From Deferribacteres bacterium (lineage in GTDB: Bacteria; Zhuqueibacterota; Zhuqueibacteria; Zhuqueibacterales; Geothermadaptataceae): 64,000 nucleotides of DNA. The stretch is from the NCBI GenBank assembly GCA_020633655.1, contig JACKDF010000002.1:75895-139894 (forward strand). Direction: 5' to 3'. Below are positions 18,615-28,015 of this stretch, piece by piece (the first letter of the stretch is position 1; every line of letters begins with the position of its first letter). The notes beneath the pieces are model-generated. The model saw only the letters and a program-made list of their open reading frames with translations. It ran no database searches and was not told where the DNA came from. A program made the translations under genes and the position numbers.

Positions 18615-20324
18615 ATGGAAGCCCAAAAATTACCCAATGCACCGGACAAAGCGGTTTTGCCGGTTATCGGTGTATTCGCTACCTGTGATCCACGGATCGA
18701 TAAGGATTCGCGCCAGAGAGCACAAAATATCGTTAAAATGGCAGCGGATATACTTGCGAAAAATGTGAAATCTGTTGATCAGCAACCAATTCCTGTGGTT
18801 TATAGTGATGTGTTGGTGGATGGTGAAAAGGAAGCCGATACCGTTGCACGTCAATTTAAAGACAAAGGTGTTTCATCCATCGTTTGTGTGCCGGATACCT
18901 GGGCCTTCCCACAGCTGACCGTGCTCAGTTTATTGAGCCATTTCCCTTCGGATACACCGTTTAATATGACCTGTGGCAATTCCGGTCCACGACCTGGTGT
19001 GGTTTTTACGCATGCGGTTTCCGGGGCTATCTCACAGTATGGCGGGTTGGTACATATCAACGTCGGCAACTGGCCGGATACCGGGTTGAATCCGGTGATG
19101 AGTGAAAAAACCGCAAAGGACCTCATCGATTGGGCTTATGCTGCCATCACCTACCAGGGTTTGAAAGGCCGCCGGGTTGTTGTGTTTGGCCATGATTCCA
19201 TGGGAATGGAGACTGCCCTCGCGAACGTGCTGCCGATTCGCAACCAGTTCGGCATCGAAATAACACGCCTGGATATGAAACTGCTCGCAGACATGCTGCA
19301 GAAAAAAGCTTATGATGAAGGGGAGTTAAAGCAATTGCGCAGCTGGCTGGATGAATCTGTTGGTGGTGGGATCGAACTGCATAACACTGAACAGGAAAAG
19401 AAGTTTAACGACAGCCTGGCCATGTATCTCATTATGCGCGATTTGATGAAAGATTTGAATGCGGTGGGTGGTGGTTTTATGAGCCAGCTTGAATGGGGTT
19501 CCGACCACCGTGGTTTACCATTACCGGTCGCCGATACCATGGAATCGCTCTTCAATTCGACTTTTGACCATAACGGTCGCAAGGCACCTCTGCCTTTTGC
19601 CACCGAGGCCGATGTGCAAGGTTTGTTGACTATGCTGTTTATGACGCATCTCTCTGCTGGAAATCCACCATTGTTCATGGATTTTCGTAAAGTATGGGAG
19701 GACTGGGAAATCGCCGATTTGGCTGAAAAATTAGGCATTAAGCTTTTCGGCAGCACCTTGTGGGAAAAACGCGGTTTTGTCGATGGTGATAATTCAGGCT
19801 CCGCAGCTTTTGACTGGGCAGCAAAACCGGGCGCAAGTATCGAAGAAATCATGAAAGGAATTCATTTACCGCAGGCTGATCTGGGTTATTTCCCGGGTGG
19901 CGGAAACTCGGTTACATTTTTTTCTCCGGGAGGTATTGAAGGCATCGCAGCTCGGTTGGCCTATAGTTCGCTGTCCGGCATGTATTCGATGATTTGGGAC
20001 GAAGCAGAAACACAGGAATTACCCCAGAAATTGGCGCAGGCGGTTGCTGATACCTCGACGCCCATCTGGCCGCACACCTTCGTAACACCCAAGCATGCGA
20101 CAATGACGGAGTACAAACAATTTGCCCCGGCAAACCATTTTCATATGACATGGAATCTCAGCGCAGCACGCTTTCAATACTGGATGGATTTGGCAAATGT
20201 ACTGTCCGTTACCCCATGGCAGGCGATGCCGTCGTTCCGGGAAGGTATCGATCGGCCGCAACCGCTGCTGTATTTGGTGAACGGTGGTGAAGATACGACG
20301 AAACGTTTGCGTCGTCGTGGGTAA
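18615..20324 (+). CDS. L-fucose isomerase family aldose-ketose isomerase (FucI-like)
   Basis: The length and collinear blocks match E. coli FucI: an N-terminal PVIGVF...DPR block, ATEADVQGLLTMLFM...FMDFRKVW versus ATENDSLNGVAMLM...FADVRTYW, and WPHTF versus WPTTW. Substrate is not assignable. Confidence 0.65.
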   Translation: MEAQKLPNAPDKAVLPVIGVFATCDPRIDKDSRQRAQNIVKMAADILAKNVKSVDQQPIPVVYSDVLVDGEKEADTVARQFKDKGVSSIVCVPDTWAFPQLTVLSLLSHFPSDTPFNMTCGNSGPRPGVVFTHAVSGAISQYGGLVHINVGNWPDTGLNPVMSEKTAKDLIDWAYAAITYQGLKGRRVVVFGHDSMGMETALANVLPIRNQFGIEITRLDMKLLADMLQKKAYDEGELKQLRSWLDESVGGGIELHNTEQEKKFNDSLAMYLIMRDLMKDLNAVGGGFMSQLEWGSDHRGLPLPVADTMESLFNSTFDHNGRKAPLPFATEADVQGLLTMLFMTHLSAGNPPLFMDFRKVWEDWEIADLAEKLGIKLFGSTLWEKRGFVDGDNSGSAAFDWAAKPGASIEEIMKGIHLPQADLGYFPGGGNSVTFFSPGGIEGIAARLAYSSLSGMYSMIWDEAETQELPQKLAQAVADTSTPIWPHTFVTPKHATMTEYKQFAPANHFHMTWNLSAARFQYWMDLANVLSVTPWQAMPSFREGIDRPQPLLYLVNGGEDTTKRLRRRG

Positions 20325-20623
20325 TTTTGCCGTGTTAATTTCACGAGGGAAAATAAATCCTTGGAAATAGGATAAAAAATGTTCTCGTTCCGGTAGGATA
20401 ACTCGTATTTGCTATGGCGATTTGCATTAATTTTGTTTAATAATTTCGTCGCTGGACGTCATGCCGTATTCGATGTTTTTTATCGAATTACGGCATCTCC
20501 CCGTTCTCGGTAGGCTCTTGGATATTCCGGTACGCTGAAAAACAAGCGACCAGAATGACTGACCTCGAATATTACTTTTGCAAATTAATATACGTGTGAT
20601 TAGTAACTACTCAATCTGATTTG

Positions 20624-20739
20624 GAGAGAAATGGTCCCTGAGCCTGTAGAAGGGCCCATTTCTCTCATGATGTAGCGCTGCTCCCGCTTCGACAAGCTCA
20701 GCGTCCGCTAGTGGCTGAATAGTTAGTGCGATTCAGCCA
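20624..20739. repeat. Composite hairpin cluster (family E motif: ctgagcctgtagaaggg / cttcgacaagctcagcg)
   Basis: gagagaaatgg...ccatttctctc stem (20624..20666), the imperfect inverted pair named above, and the tggctgaat...attcagcca stem (20712..20739). Confidence 0.75.
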
Positions 20740-20772
20740 TATTTTCACAAACTCACAAAACCAGGAGTTTGG

Positions 20773-23166
20773 ATGCAAAAAAGTACCAAAATCATTCTTG
20801 CGCTTCTTTTTTTTGTTTTTATTGTTGGCGGTGCAATTGGTATACTCAGCTATATATTGATCAATAAATCACTGCCGCAATACGAAGGAGAAGTGAATTT
20901 CCCGGCTCTCAATACACCTGCGGAAGTTCTCTGGGATCAATTTGCCGTACCGCATATTAAAGCGCAGGACGATCTGGATTTGTTTCGAGTGCTTGGTTAT
21001 GTGCATGCTCAGGAGCGCTTGTGGCAGATGGATTTTTTTCGCAGGGCAGGGGAAGGGCAATTGAGTGAGATATTTGGCACCGATGCGCTGGCAACCGATA
21101 AACTCATGCGTACCTGGGGATTGAAAAACATCGCACGTATGACCGTCGATAGCCTGTCCGAAGAATCCCGCAAAGTTCTGACAGCCTATTGTGAAGGAGT
21201 CAATCATTTCATTGAGAGCAACACAGCACGTCTTCCCATAGAATTTTCCTTGCTCGGTTACAAACCACGTTCCTGGGAACCTATCGATACCATCACCATT
21301 CAAAAAGTCGTCGCGATGCGGTTGAGCCAGGCGTGGCATGTGGAATTGACATTTTACCAGATTGCGCAAAAATTTGGCCTGCAGGCAGCTTTGGAGCTGT
21401 TTCCGGATTATCCACATTCCACTGGAAACTTTGGCCTGGATTCGGGTGAAAAAACACAAATCGTTGCCAGTACACAAACAGCTATTGCGGAGGCAGCCAG
21501 GTTTGCTGACTGGATCGACCAGTCAGCCGTGAGCAATAGCTGGGTGGTATCGGGAACAAAAAGCCCCAGTGGTAAACCCATTTTAGCCAATGATCCACAT
21601 CTTGAATTAAGCGCACCCTGTTTTTGGTTCGAGGCCCACCTGAGTTCCCCTTCCTATGATGTCGCTGGCATGTCGATTCCCGGTATTCCCGGTATTGTCA
21701 TTGGACATAACAACGCAATTGCCTGGGGATTCACCAATGGCATGATCGATGACGTCGATTTTTATTTTGAGAAAATAAATCCACAGGACAAGGATAGTTA
21801 TTGGCGCGCAAATGGTTATCAGAAGTTTGTTTTTTCTGCAGAAAAAATCGACGTCAAGGGAGAAATGGACCCGGTTTTCCTCGATGTTCGCACCAGCGAT
21901 ATCGGCCCGGTTGTATCGGATATTCATCCGCTAACCGAGGCTGATTCCATCGCCATAAGCATGCGTTGGACTGGCGCTGCCTTCTCCGACGATCTTTTGG
22001 CGATACTACAACTGAACCGTGCCCAAAACAGGACTGATTTCAGTACAGCATTACAGCATTTTGGTGCGCCATGCCAGAACGTTTCTTACGCCGACACCAG
22101 CGGTACGATCGGATTTCATATGGCTGGCCTCATTCCCATCCGCCGTGATAAAAAGAGTGATCTTCTCTATAATGCGTGGGAAAACCGGGGCGATTGGTTG
22201 CGATACATCCCCTGGGACCGAATGCCGCAACAATGGAATCCGGGCGAACAGTTCGTTGTCAATGCAAATCATAATGTTGCAGGAGCACGCTTTCCCTGGT
22301 ATTTAACGAATGCCTGGGAGCCGGACAGCCGTGCGCGTCGCATCACGCAATTACTGCAATCGAAGGATAAATTTAATGTCGATGATTTCCAGAAAATGCA
22401 AATGGATGAGAAATCTTTGCATGCGGCGGATATCATTAATGAGTTTAAAAAATACATCCATCCGGATGATTTGAAAGAGGAAAACCAGCAAATCTGGCAA
22501 TTGCTTATGGAATGGCATGGAGAGATGAACACCGTCAGCGCTGGTGCGACAATCTTTGAAAACCTGGTCATTCAGTTGTTGCAGGAAGCTTTACAGGATC
22601 AGCTTGAGCCGGTGTTGTATCAGGAATTTATGCGTCGAACCAACATTCCTGTACGTGCATTGGAAAGTTTGATCACCAAACCAAACGCAATTTGGTGGGA
22701 TGACAGCACTACGGAGGAAAAGGAAAAACTACCGGAAATTCTCTTACGTGCATTTGAACGTATGTGTGACAAACTCAGGCAGCAAGGCGATGGTCCAGGA
22801 TTCTGGGAATGGGGACAAATGCACCGTGTTACCATGCGTCATCCTATCGGCCAGCTCCCGCCGTTCGATTATATTTTCGATCGCGGCGAATACAATATCG
22901 GTGGATCGGCAAGCACGATCAGCAAAGCAGAGTACCGGTTTACAAAACCATTCGCTGTGGATGTTGGCGCTTCCATGCGTCAGATTGTCGATCTCGCACA
23001 ACCGAATGTAGCCCACACCATTGTCCCCGGCGGCCAATCTGGTCAGCCTTTCTCTGACCATTATGACGATCAGATTGCCATGTGGCGGCAGGGGAAATAT
23101 AAATCCGTGTCACTTTTGCAGGACAGCCTTTCTGTGGAAGGGTTCAGGGTGCAGCGGTTTCGGTAG
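20773..23166 (+). CDS. Penicillin acylase family Ntn-hydrolase (peptidase S45; penicillin/cephalosporin/AHL acylase-like)
   Basis: Signal/anchor at the N-terminus. GYVHAQERLWQMDF. The autoprocessing nucleophile context is SNSWVVSGTKSPSGKPILANDPHL. 797 aa. Confidence 0.8.
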   Translation: MQKSTKIILALLFFVFIVGGAIGILSYILINKSLPQYEGEVNFPALNTPAEVLWDQFAVPHIKAQDDLDLFRVLGYVHAQERLWQMDFFRRAGEGQLSEIFGTDALATDKLMRTWGLKNIARMTVDSLSEESRKVLTAYCEGVNHFIESNTARLPIEFSLLGYKPRSWEPIDTITIQKVVAMRLSQAWHVELTFYQIAQKFGLQAALELFPDYPHSTGNFGLDSGEKTQIVASTQTAIAEAARFADWIDQSAVSNSWVVSGTKSPSGKPILANDPHLELSAPCFWFEAHLSSPSYDVAGMSIPGIPGIVIGHNNAIAWGFTNGMIDDVDFYFEKINPQDKDSYWRANGYQKFVFSAEKIDVKGEMDPVFLDVRTSDIGPVVSDIHPLTEADSIAISMRWTGAAFSDDLLAILQLNRAQNRTDFSTALQHFGAPCQNVSYADTSGTIGFHMAGLIPIRRDKKSDLLYNAWENRGDWLRYIPWDRMPQQWNPGEQFVVNANHNVAGARFPWYLTNAWEPDSRARRITQLLQSKDKFNVDDFQKMQMDEKSLHAADIINEFKKYIHPDDLKEENQQIWQLLMEWHGEMNTVSAGATIFENLVIQLLQEALQDQLEPVLYQEFMRRTNIPVRALESLITKPNAIWWDDSTTEEKEKLPEILLRAFERMCDKLRQQGDGPGFWEWGQMHRVTMRHPIGQLPPFDYIFDRGEYNIGGSASTISKAEYRFTKPFAVDVGASMRQIVDLAQPNVAHTIVPGGQSGQPFSDHYDDQIAMWRQGKYKSVSLLQDSLSVEGFRVQRFR

Positions 23167-23228
23167 GATTGTGTGTTTGATCAGCAATTCCACAAGCGTG
23201 GATAAATAATAGCTTTCAGTTATAAAAT

Positions 23229-23867
23229 TTATTTTGGCTCTTCAAATTGAAAACCAGTCACCTTTTTTCCCGCTTTGATGAGGCTTTTATCAAAGGTTGC
23301 GAATTTATTGATGGCTTGTGACTTTGATAAATGCAATGCGTCAGCAAAATCAGGTTCCGATTTGTGCCATTGATGCGCATTCTGTACTAAAAGTTGATCT
23401 TCCACAACGACATTTGCAAGGCCAAAGAGAGATTCAAAGGCCTCAATAATTTCTAGTGGATTAAACTTGCAGGCGTAACGAAGCACCCATTCAGTTTCTA
23501 ATAGAACAGTTGTTGTTATGTATATAATCTCTCGTGCAAATAACGATTTTGCTTTGGCGAATTGCGTTCGGTCATCTGCCTTCAGGAAACGGACTATCAC
23601 ATTTGTATCAACAGAGGTCATTTTTCTCCATAGCTCATTTATAATCGCACCTTCCATTTCTTCGAGAGTAATTGGCTTGCCTGAATATCTCAAAATACCA
23701 ACCACCTGCTCAAGTTTTGTCTCCTTGAAAAGCTGGGCAGGTTTTAACAAGATGCCATCGCCTGTATCGATGATGGCCAGTTCTTGTCCGATTTCCCATT
23801 TATAAATATCCCGTAGATTTTTAGGAATGATCACTTGCCCTTTGCTGGACATTTTTGTTTTCTGCAT
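23229..23867 (-). CDS. In-frame fusion of an AbrB/MazE/SpoVT-type antitoxin domain (aa 1-82) and a PIN-domain (VapC-like) toxin (aa 83-212)
   Basis: N-terminal SSKGQVIIPKNLRDIYKWEIGQELAIIDTGDGILLKP (SpoVT/AbrB swapped-hairpin). From M83: VDTNVIVRFL, TTTVLLETEWVL, DFADALHL and FATFDKSL (PIN acidic residues). An internal GGAGA lies 3 nt before the ATG at 23621. Confidence 0.7.
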   Translation of the reverse strand: MQKTKMSSKGQVIIPKNLRDIYKWEIGQELAIIDTGDGILLKPAQLFKETKLEQVVGILRYSGKPITLEEMEGAIINELWRKMTSVDTNVIVRFLKADDRTQFAKAKSLFAREIIYITTTVLLETEWVLRYACKFNPLEIIEAFESLFGLANVVVEDQLLVQNAHQWHKSEPDFADALHLSKSQAINKFATFDKSLIKAGKKVTGFQFEEPK

Positions 23868-24228
23868 TTATACTTCGTTTAATGAAGTAAGACTTTTGTA
23901 ATAAAATAATGTATTGACCGTAAATTAATACATGGTTTTGTAATTTTTAGCCTATAACGAATACGGTTGAACGCGAACAATGAATTTATTTCAATAATAC
24001 AAAATGCACGAATCTCTTTCATTGGGAAACTGCTGACCGATATATCGGACAAGTGCATCTAATTGACAATTGATTAAATTTTTGGACGCCAGGTTTGCTC
24101 GAAACAGGGAAATCCTCTATATACCAATCATGAATCCGTTGATTCAAAGGATGATTAACAGGACATTTCCAGCAACAGAAACGAGGATGAATCAACGGCG
24201 TTGGAACATGAAAAACATGGAGAATACA

Positions 24229-24579
24229 ATGAAATTACTGCAAACGGTCATTCACGAAATCGAATCTGCCTCTGAGCTCGATAAAATCATTAATGAGAAC
24301 GACAATGTTATGGTATGCTGTGGCCGTATGGGGCCAATGTGTGTACCGGTTTACGATACAATGGAAGAACTCGAAGAAGAACGCCCGAACATTAAATTTT
24401 ATTCGATGGCATTTGATACACCGGAAGCCACACCCATTCGCACCGCACCTATGTGCCGGAATTTTATGGGCTTGCCATTTACAGTTTACTACAAAAACGG
24501 CGAAATGGTCGAGGCGACTTCCAGTATCCAAAACAGAAACCAGATTACCACAATCCTTGATAAACATTTTAGCGAATAA
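24229..24579 (+). CDS. Thioredoxin-fold protein with an atypical active-site region (CCGRMGPMC in place of WCGPC)
   Basis: Collinear with thioredoxin (LPFTVYYKNGEMV = cis-Pro/beta4 region). ATG 24229 is preceded by a GGAGA RBS and gives 116 aa; ORF-track start 24070 (TTG) is an unlikely extension. Confidence 0.65.
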   Translation: MKLLQTVIHEIESASELDKIINENDNVMVCCGRMGPMCVPVYDTMEELEEERPNIKFYSMAFDTPEATPIRTAPMCRNFMGLPFTVYYKNGEMVEATSSIQNRNQITTILDKHFSE

Positions 24580-24587
24580 ACAGACCA

Positions 24588-25514
24588 ATGGATGAAATAT
24601 ATGATGTAATGATTTTGGGTGCCGGCGCGGCTGGTTTAACCGCAGGCATCTATTCATCCCGGGCAAAATTAAACACCCTTATTCTCAACGATGGCGCTAT
24701 TGGCGGGCAGCTGGTGCTTACCAATGAAATCGCCAATTATCCGGGAGTGGAGACAACCAAAGGCTTTGTCCTGGCGAATACGATGAAAAAACAGGCCAAG
24801 GACTTTGGGTGCAAAATAAAATCAAACATAAAAGTAGCTGAGTATCACCTCGAGGGGGATGTGAAAAGTGTAAAGCTCGACGATGGTCGAGAGTTTCATG
24901 CCCGCAGCGTCATTCTCGCACCCGGTGGTCGTCCCCGTTCCCTGAATATCCCCGGTGAAGACGAATTCAAAGGGACGGGCGTATCCTATTGTTCCACGTG
25001 CGATGGTGAATTTTTTACAGACAAGGAATTGATCGTTGTCGGTGGAGGGAATTCTGCTTTGGAAGAAGCGGTGGCATTGACAAAGTATGCGACAAAAATC
25101 ACAATCGTGCACCAATTCGATCACTTCCAGGCATTTGAGCATGCCGTGCGTGAAGCGAAAAACAATCCCAAAATCAATTTCGTTATGGAATCAGAACCGC
25201 GTGCTTTTTTCGGCGAGGAGAAATTGAATCGTGTTAAGGTGGAGCACTTGCCGACAGGCGAAACATCGGAAATAAATGTTGATGGTGTCTTCATATTTGT
25301 TGGTTATCTGCCCAACACGGAATCGCTGAAAGGACATGTGCAGTTGAATGAGCGCAACGAAATTGTGGTTGACACGGAAATGAAAACGAATGTGCCGGGT
25401 GTTTTCGCCGCCGGCGACTGCATAGTGAAGCGTTACCGCCAGGTAACGACGGCTGTGGCAGACGGAACAATTGCAGCGTTGAGCGTTGCAGAATATATAA
25501 GAAATGCAAAATAG
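24588..25514 (+). CDS. Low-Mr thioredoxin-reductase-family flavoprotein lacking the NADPH HRRxxxR motif
   Basis: FAD motif ILGAGAAGLTAG, redox CSTCDGEFF, second Rossmann motif GGGNSALEEA, and AAGDC near the C-terminus. The HRRDGFR position reads HQFDHFQ. Confidence 0.8.
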   Translation: MDEIYDVMILGAGAAGLTAGIYSSRAKLNTLILNDGAIGGQLVLTNEIANYPGVETTKGFVLANTMKKQAKDFGCKIKSNIKVAEYHLEGDVKSVKLDDGREFHARSVILAPGGRPRSLNIPGEDEFKGTGVSYCSTCDGEFFTDKELIVVGGGNSALEEAVALTKYATKITIVHQFDHFQAFEHAVREAKNNPKINFVMESEPRAFFGEEKLNRVKVEHLPTGETSEINVDGVFIFVGYLPNTESLKGHVQLNERNEIVVDTEMKTNVPGVFAAGDCIVKRYRQVTTAVADGTIAALSVAEYIRNAK

Positions 25515-25530
25515 GGTATTCGTCGGCTTT

Positions 25531-25616
25531 TCTTGCAATACATCTTGCGATACACGATTTGAACGATGGGCAGTGGATATCCCCTGCCTAATCTTTGTGT
25601 TTATGAGTTAAGCAGG
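25531..25616 (+). repeat. Palindromic intergenic repeat family A, copy 2 (left arm degenerate)
   Basis: gatgggcagtggatatcccctgcctaatctttgtgtttatgagttaagcagg. Confidence 0.8.
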
Positions 25617-25811
25617 TAAGGTTCAATGAGAAAAGCGATAGCCTCGTTCCCAGATATCTTATTTTTTATGCGATATTTATTACATTCAACTGCAGTTACT
25701 TTTTTGTGTCATCGATAGTGATTTTGCCAGGAGGCAGAATTGATCTTCGTAAGACAGAGTTGATAAAACCCCCGGGTTCCGTAGAATACAAATTAAATAA
25801 AGACAACGACC

Positions 25812-26762
25812 ATGAAAGAAAGACTTCAATTTTTTCCAATTACAATTTTTGCCATAATTATGGGACTTTCGGGATTAACGATTGTCTTTGGCAAGTTTTA
25901 TCACATGCAATGGTTACCGAAAATTTTCTATGATAGTCTTTTGTTCTTTACAACCGGCTTGTTTCTCTTTTTTCTCTTCACTTATGGCCGCAAAGCAATC
26001 GTCTATTTTGAAGAAGTCAAGAAGGATTTCCATCATAAAATACGGATAAATTTCTTCTCGGCTATTTCAATATCTTTTATTCTGCTATCCATAGCTTTTA
26101 TGACGTATTGGCCATTTCTCTCGCTCATTCTGTGGTGGGTGGGGGTCGTGCTGCATACGATTTTTATGCTTTACACACTGAGCTTTTGGATACGTGATAA
26201 TTTTGAGATTCATGCGATGAATCCCGCCTGGTTTATTCCCATAGTTGGCAATATCCTGGTGCCGGTTGCCGGGGTGGAATACCTGCCCAAGGCATTTTCA
26301 TTTTTCTATTTTTCTGTTGGCTTTTTCTTCTGGATCATCCTTTTTACGATTTTCTTGTACCGGGCTATTTTTCATCATCAGTTGCCACAAAAATTTATCC
26401 CGACGCTTTTTATCCTTATAGCACCGCCGGCAGTTGGTTTTATCGCCTACATTCGCATTGCGCAAAGCTGGGATAGTTTTGCTGTTTTTATGCTGTTCAT
26501 CGCCTACTTTTTTGTCGCACTGCTCCTGTTTTTATATGATAGCTTTAAGAATCTCAAATTTTTTATTTCCTGGTGGGCATTTACATTCCCGATGATGGCA
26601 ATAACCCTGGCCTCCGTCGTGGCCTATCAGGTTTCGAGTATTGTTCTCTATAAATACTTGTCTTTTGTGATGTTCGTTTTCGCCTTGTTTACGATTCTAT
26701 TCGTCGCGTGGAAGACCATGGAGAAAGTACTTCAAGGCGAGATTTGTGTGAATGAAGATTAA
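25812..26762 (+). CDS. TehA / SLAC1-family (C4-dicarboxylate/malic acid/tellurite-resistance type) anion channel-transporter
   Basis: About 10 hydrophobic helices, 316 aa. The N-terminal FFPITIFAIIMGLSGL and WFIPIVGNILVP are typical of this family. Confidence 0.65.
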   Translation: MKERLQFFPITIFAIIMGLSGLTIVFGKFYHMQWLPKIFYDSLLFFTTGLFLFFLFTYGRKAIVYFEEVKKDFHHKIRINFFSAISISFILLSIAFMTYWPFLSLILWWVGVVLHTIFMLYTLSFWIRDNFEIHAMNPAWFIPIVGNILVPVAGVEYLPKAFSFFYFSVGFFFWIILFTIFLYRAIFHHQLPQKFIPTLFILIAPPAVGFIAYIRIAQSWDSFAVFMLFIAYFFVALLLFLYDSFKNLKFFISWWAFTFPMMAITLASVVAYQVSSIVLYKYLSFVMFVFALFTILFVAWKTMEKVLQGEICVNED

Positions 26763-26787
26763 TTTTAAATGAGATAAGTAGCATCTA

Positions 26788-26816
26788 CTCTGACAGGTTT
26801 TTAAACCCTGTCAGAG
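26788..26816. repeat. Hairpin repeat family D copy 2 (ctctgacagg-tttttaaa-cctgtcagag)
   Basis: Same stem sequence as 7701..7729. Confidence 0.85.
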
Positions 26817-26851
26817 CTGACTCTACTGGCAAAATAGAAAAGGCATTAAAA

Positions 26852-27358
26852 ATGAAAACAAAAATAATAGTCATAGCATCGGTGATTCTCGGATTTGTCC
26901 TCGGAATCTTTTTTTCAGGTGTGGTTCTCTCAGTTTCCTCGGGAGAGATGATGGTCAAAGAATTTAAAAGTCCCTATGATTTTGACAAAACAGTCGAAGT
27001 TGTCGCCCAACGCATTAATACAAAAAGCGGTTGGCATGTTACCGACATCATCGATCAGAATAAAGCGGTAACGGAAAATGGTGGTTTCGATATCGGCAAT
27101 TTCAAAATCATTAAATATTGCCACGGCGCTTATTCAGCGAAAATGTTACAAGCCGACGACAGAAAAATTATCGGCACGATGATGCCGAAATCCTTTGCGG
27201 TTTATGAAAAAACAGACGGGCAGGTGTTCGTTGCCACAATGAATGGTGCGATTATGGGAAAGCTTTTTGGTGGCGAAACCGAGAAGCTGATTGAAGAAGT
27301 TTCCCTCGAAGTGGAAGACATGATGCGTTTTATTAATCTTAAATATACGTTGTTTTAA
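26852..27358 (+). CDS. DUF302-domain protein with N-terminal transmembrane anchor
   Basis: SPYDFDKTVEVVAQRI...GWHV...D...KIIKYCH...MP..FAVYE pattern typical of DUF302. Confidence 0.6.
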   Translation: MKTKIIVIASVILGFVLGIFFSGVVLSVSSGEMMVKEFKSPYDFDKTVEVVAQRINTKSGWHVTDIIDQNKAVTENGGFDIGNFKIIKYCHGAYSAKMLQADDRKIIGTMMPKSFAVYEKTDGQVFVATMNGAIMGKLFGGETEKLIEEVSLEVEDMMRFINLKYTLF

Positions 27359-27408
27359 TAGAAATTTTAAATAAATTTCATGATGCAAAAGTAAAGGAAG
27401 TAAGTAAC

Positions 27409-27999
27409 ATGATTGAATGGATTAAAACTGGATCAGACTTTGATCAGATACAAGCAAAACAGGACGATCTGGATATCCTGTTTTTTTATGGTGATTTTTC
27501 CGATGCGGCTAAACGTGCATTAACAGAACTGGAAGAATTTGCCAAAGAAAACGACAAAACTAAAATTTACGGAGTCGACGTAGCTAAAAACAAAGATGTG
27601 CACAAGCACCTCGGCGTTAAAAGTGTGCCCACCGTAGTGATGATGCAAAAGGGTAAGGTCAGTGAAACCATTGAAGGCGTGCAAAGCGCACAATATTATG
27701 CTCGCGCCTTCACCGGTGCAAGTCCAGCGTTGCGCAAAGCCTCCACTGGTTCCGACAAGTCTGCTGCACCACGTGTGGTGGTTTACAGCACACCGACCTG
27801 TCCGGCATGCAATAACGCCAAAGCCCATTTTCGCCGCAAAGGCGTGCGCTTCCGCGACGTGGATGTATCCCGGGATCAGTCGGCAGCCGATGCTATGGTG
27901 AGCCGCAGTGGACAGATGGGGGTACCGCAAATTGATATCAACGGCCAGCTCATCGTTGGATTTGACCAGGCTCGAATTGATCGCTTATTGAATATTTAA
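27409..27999 (+). CDS. Fusion of a redox-inactive thioredoxin-fold domain with a C-terminal glutaredoxin-like (NrdH/YruB-type, CPAC) domain
   Basis: N-terminal Trx-like fold with FSDAAK in place of WCGPCK. C-terminal VVVYSTPTCPACNNAKAHFRRKGVRFRDVDVS...GVPQIDINGQLIVGFD. Confidence 0.7.
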   Translation: MIEWIKTGSDFDQIQAKQDDLDILFFYGDFSDAAKRALTELEEFAKENDKTKIYGVDVAKNKDVHKHLGVKSVPTVVMMQKGKVSETIEGVQSAQYYARAFTGASPALRKASTGSDKSAAPRVVVYSTPTCPACNNAKAHFRRKGVRFRDVDVSRDQSAADAMVSRSGQMGVPQIDINGQLIVGFDQARIDRLLNI

Positions 28000-28015
28000 T
28001 AGTGGAGATGACAAG

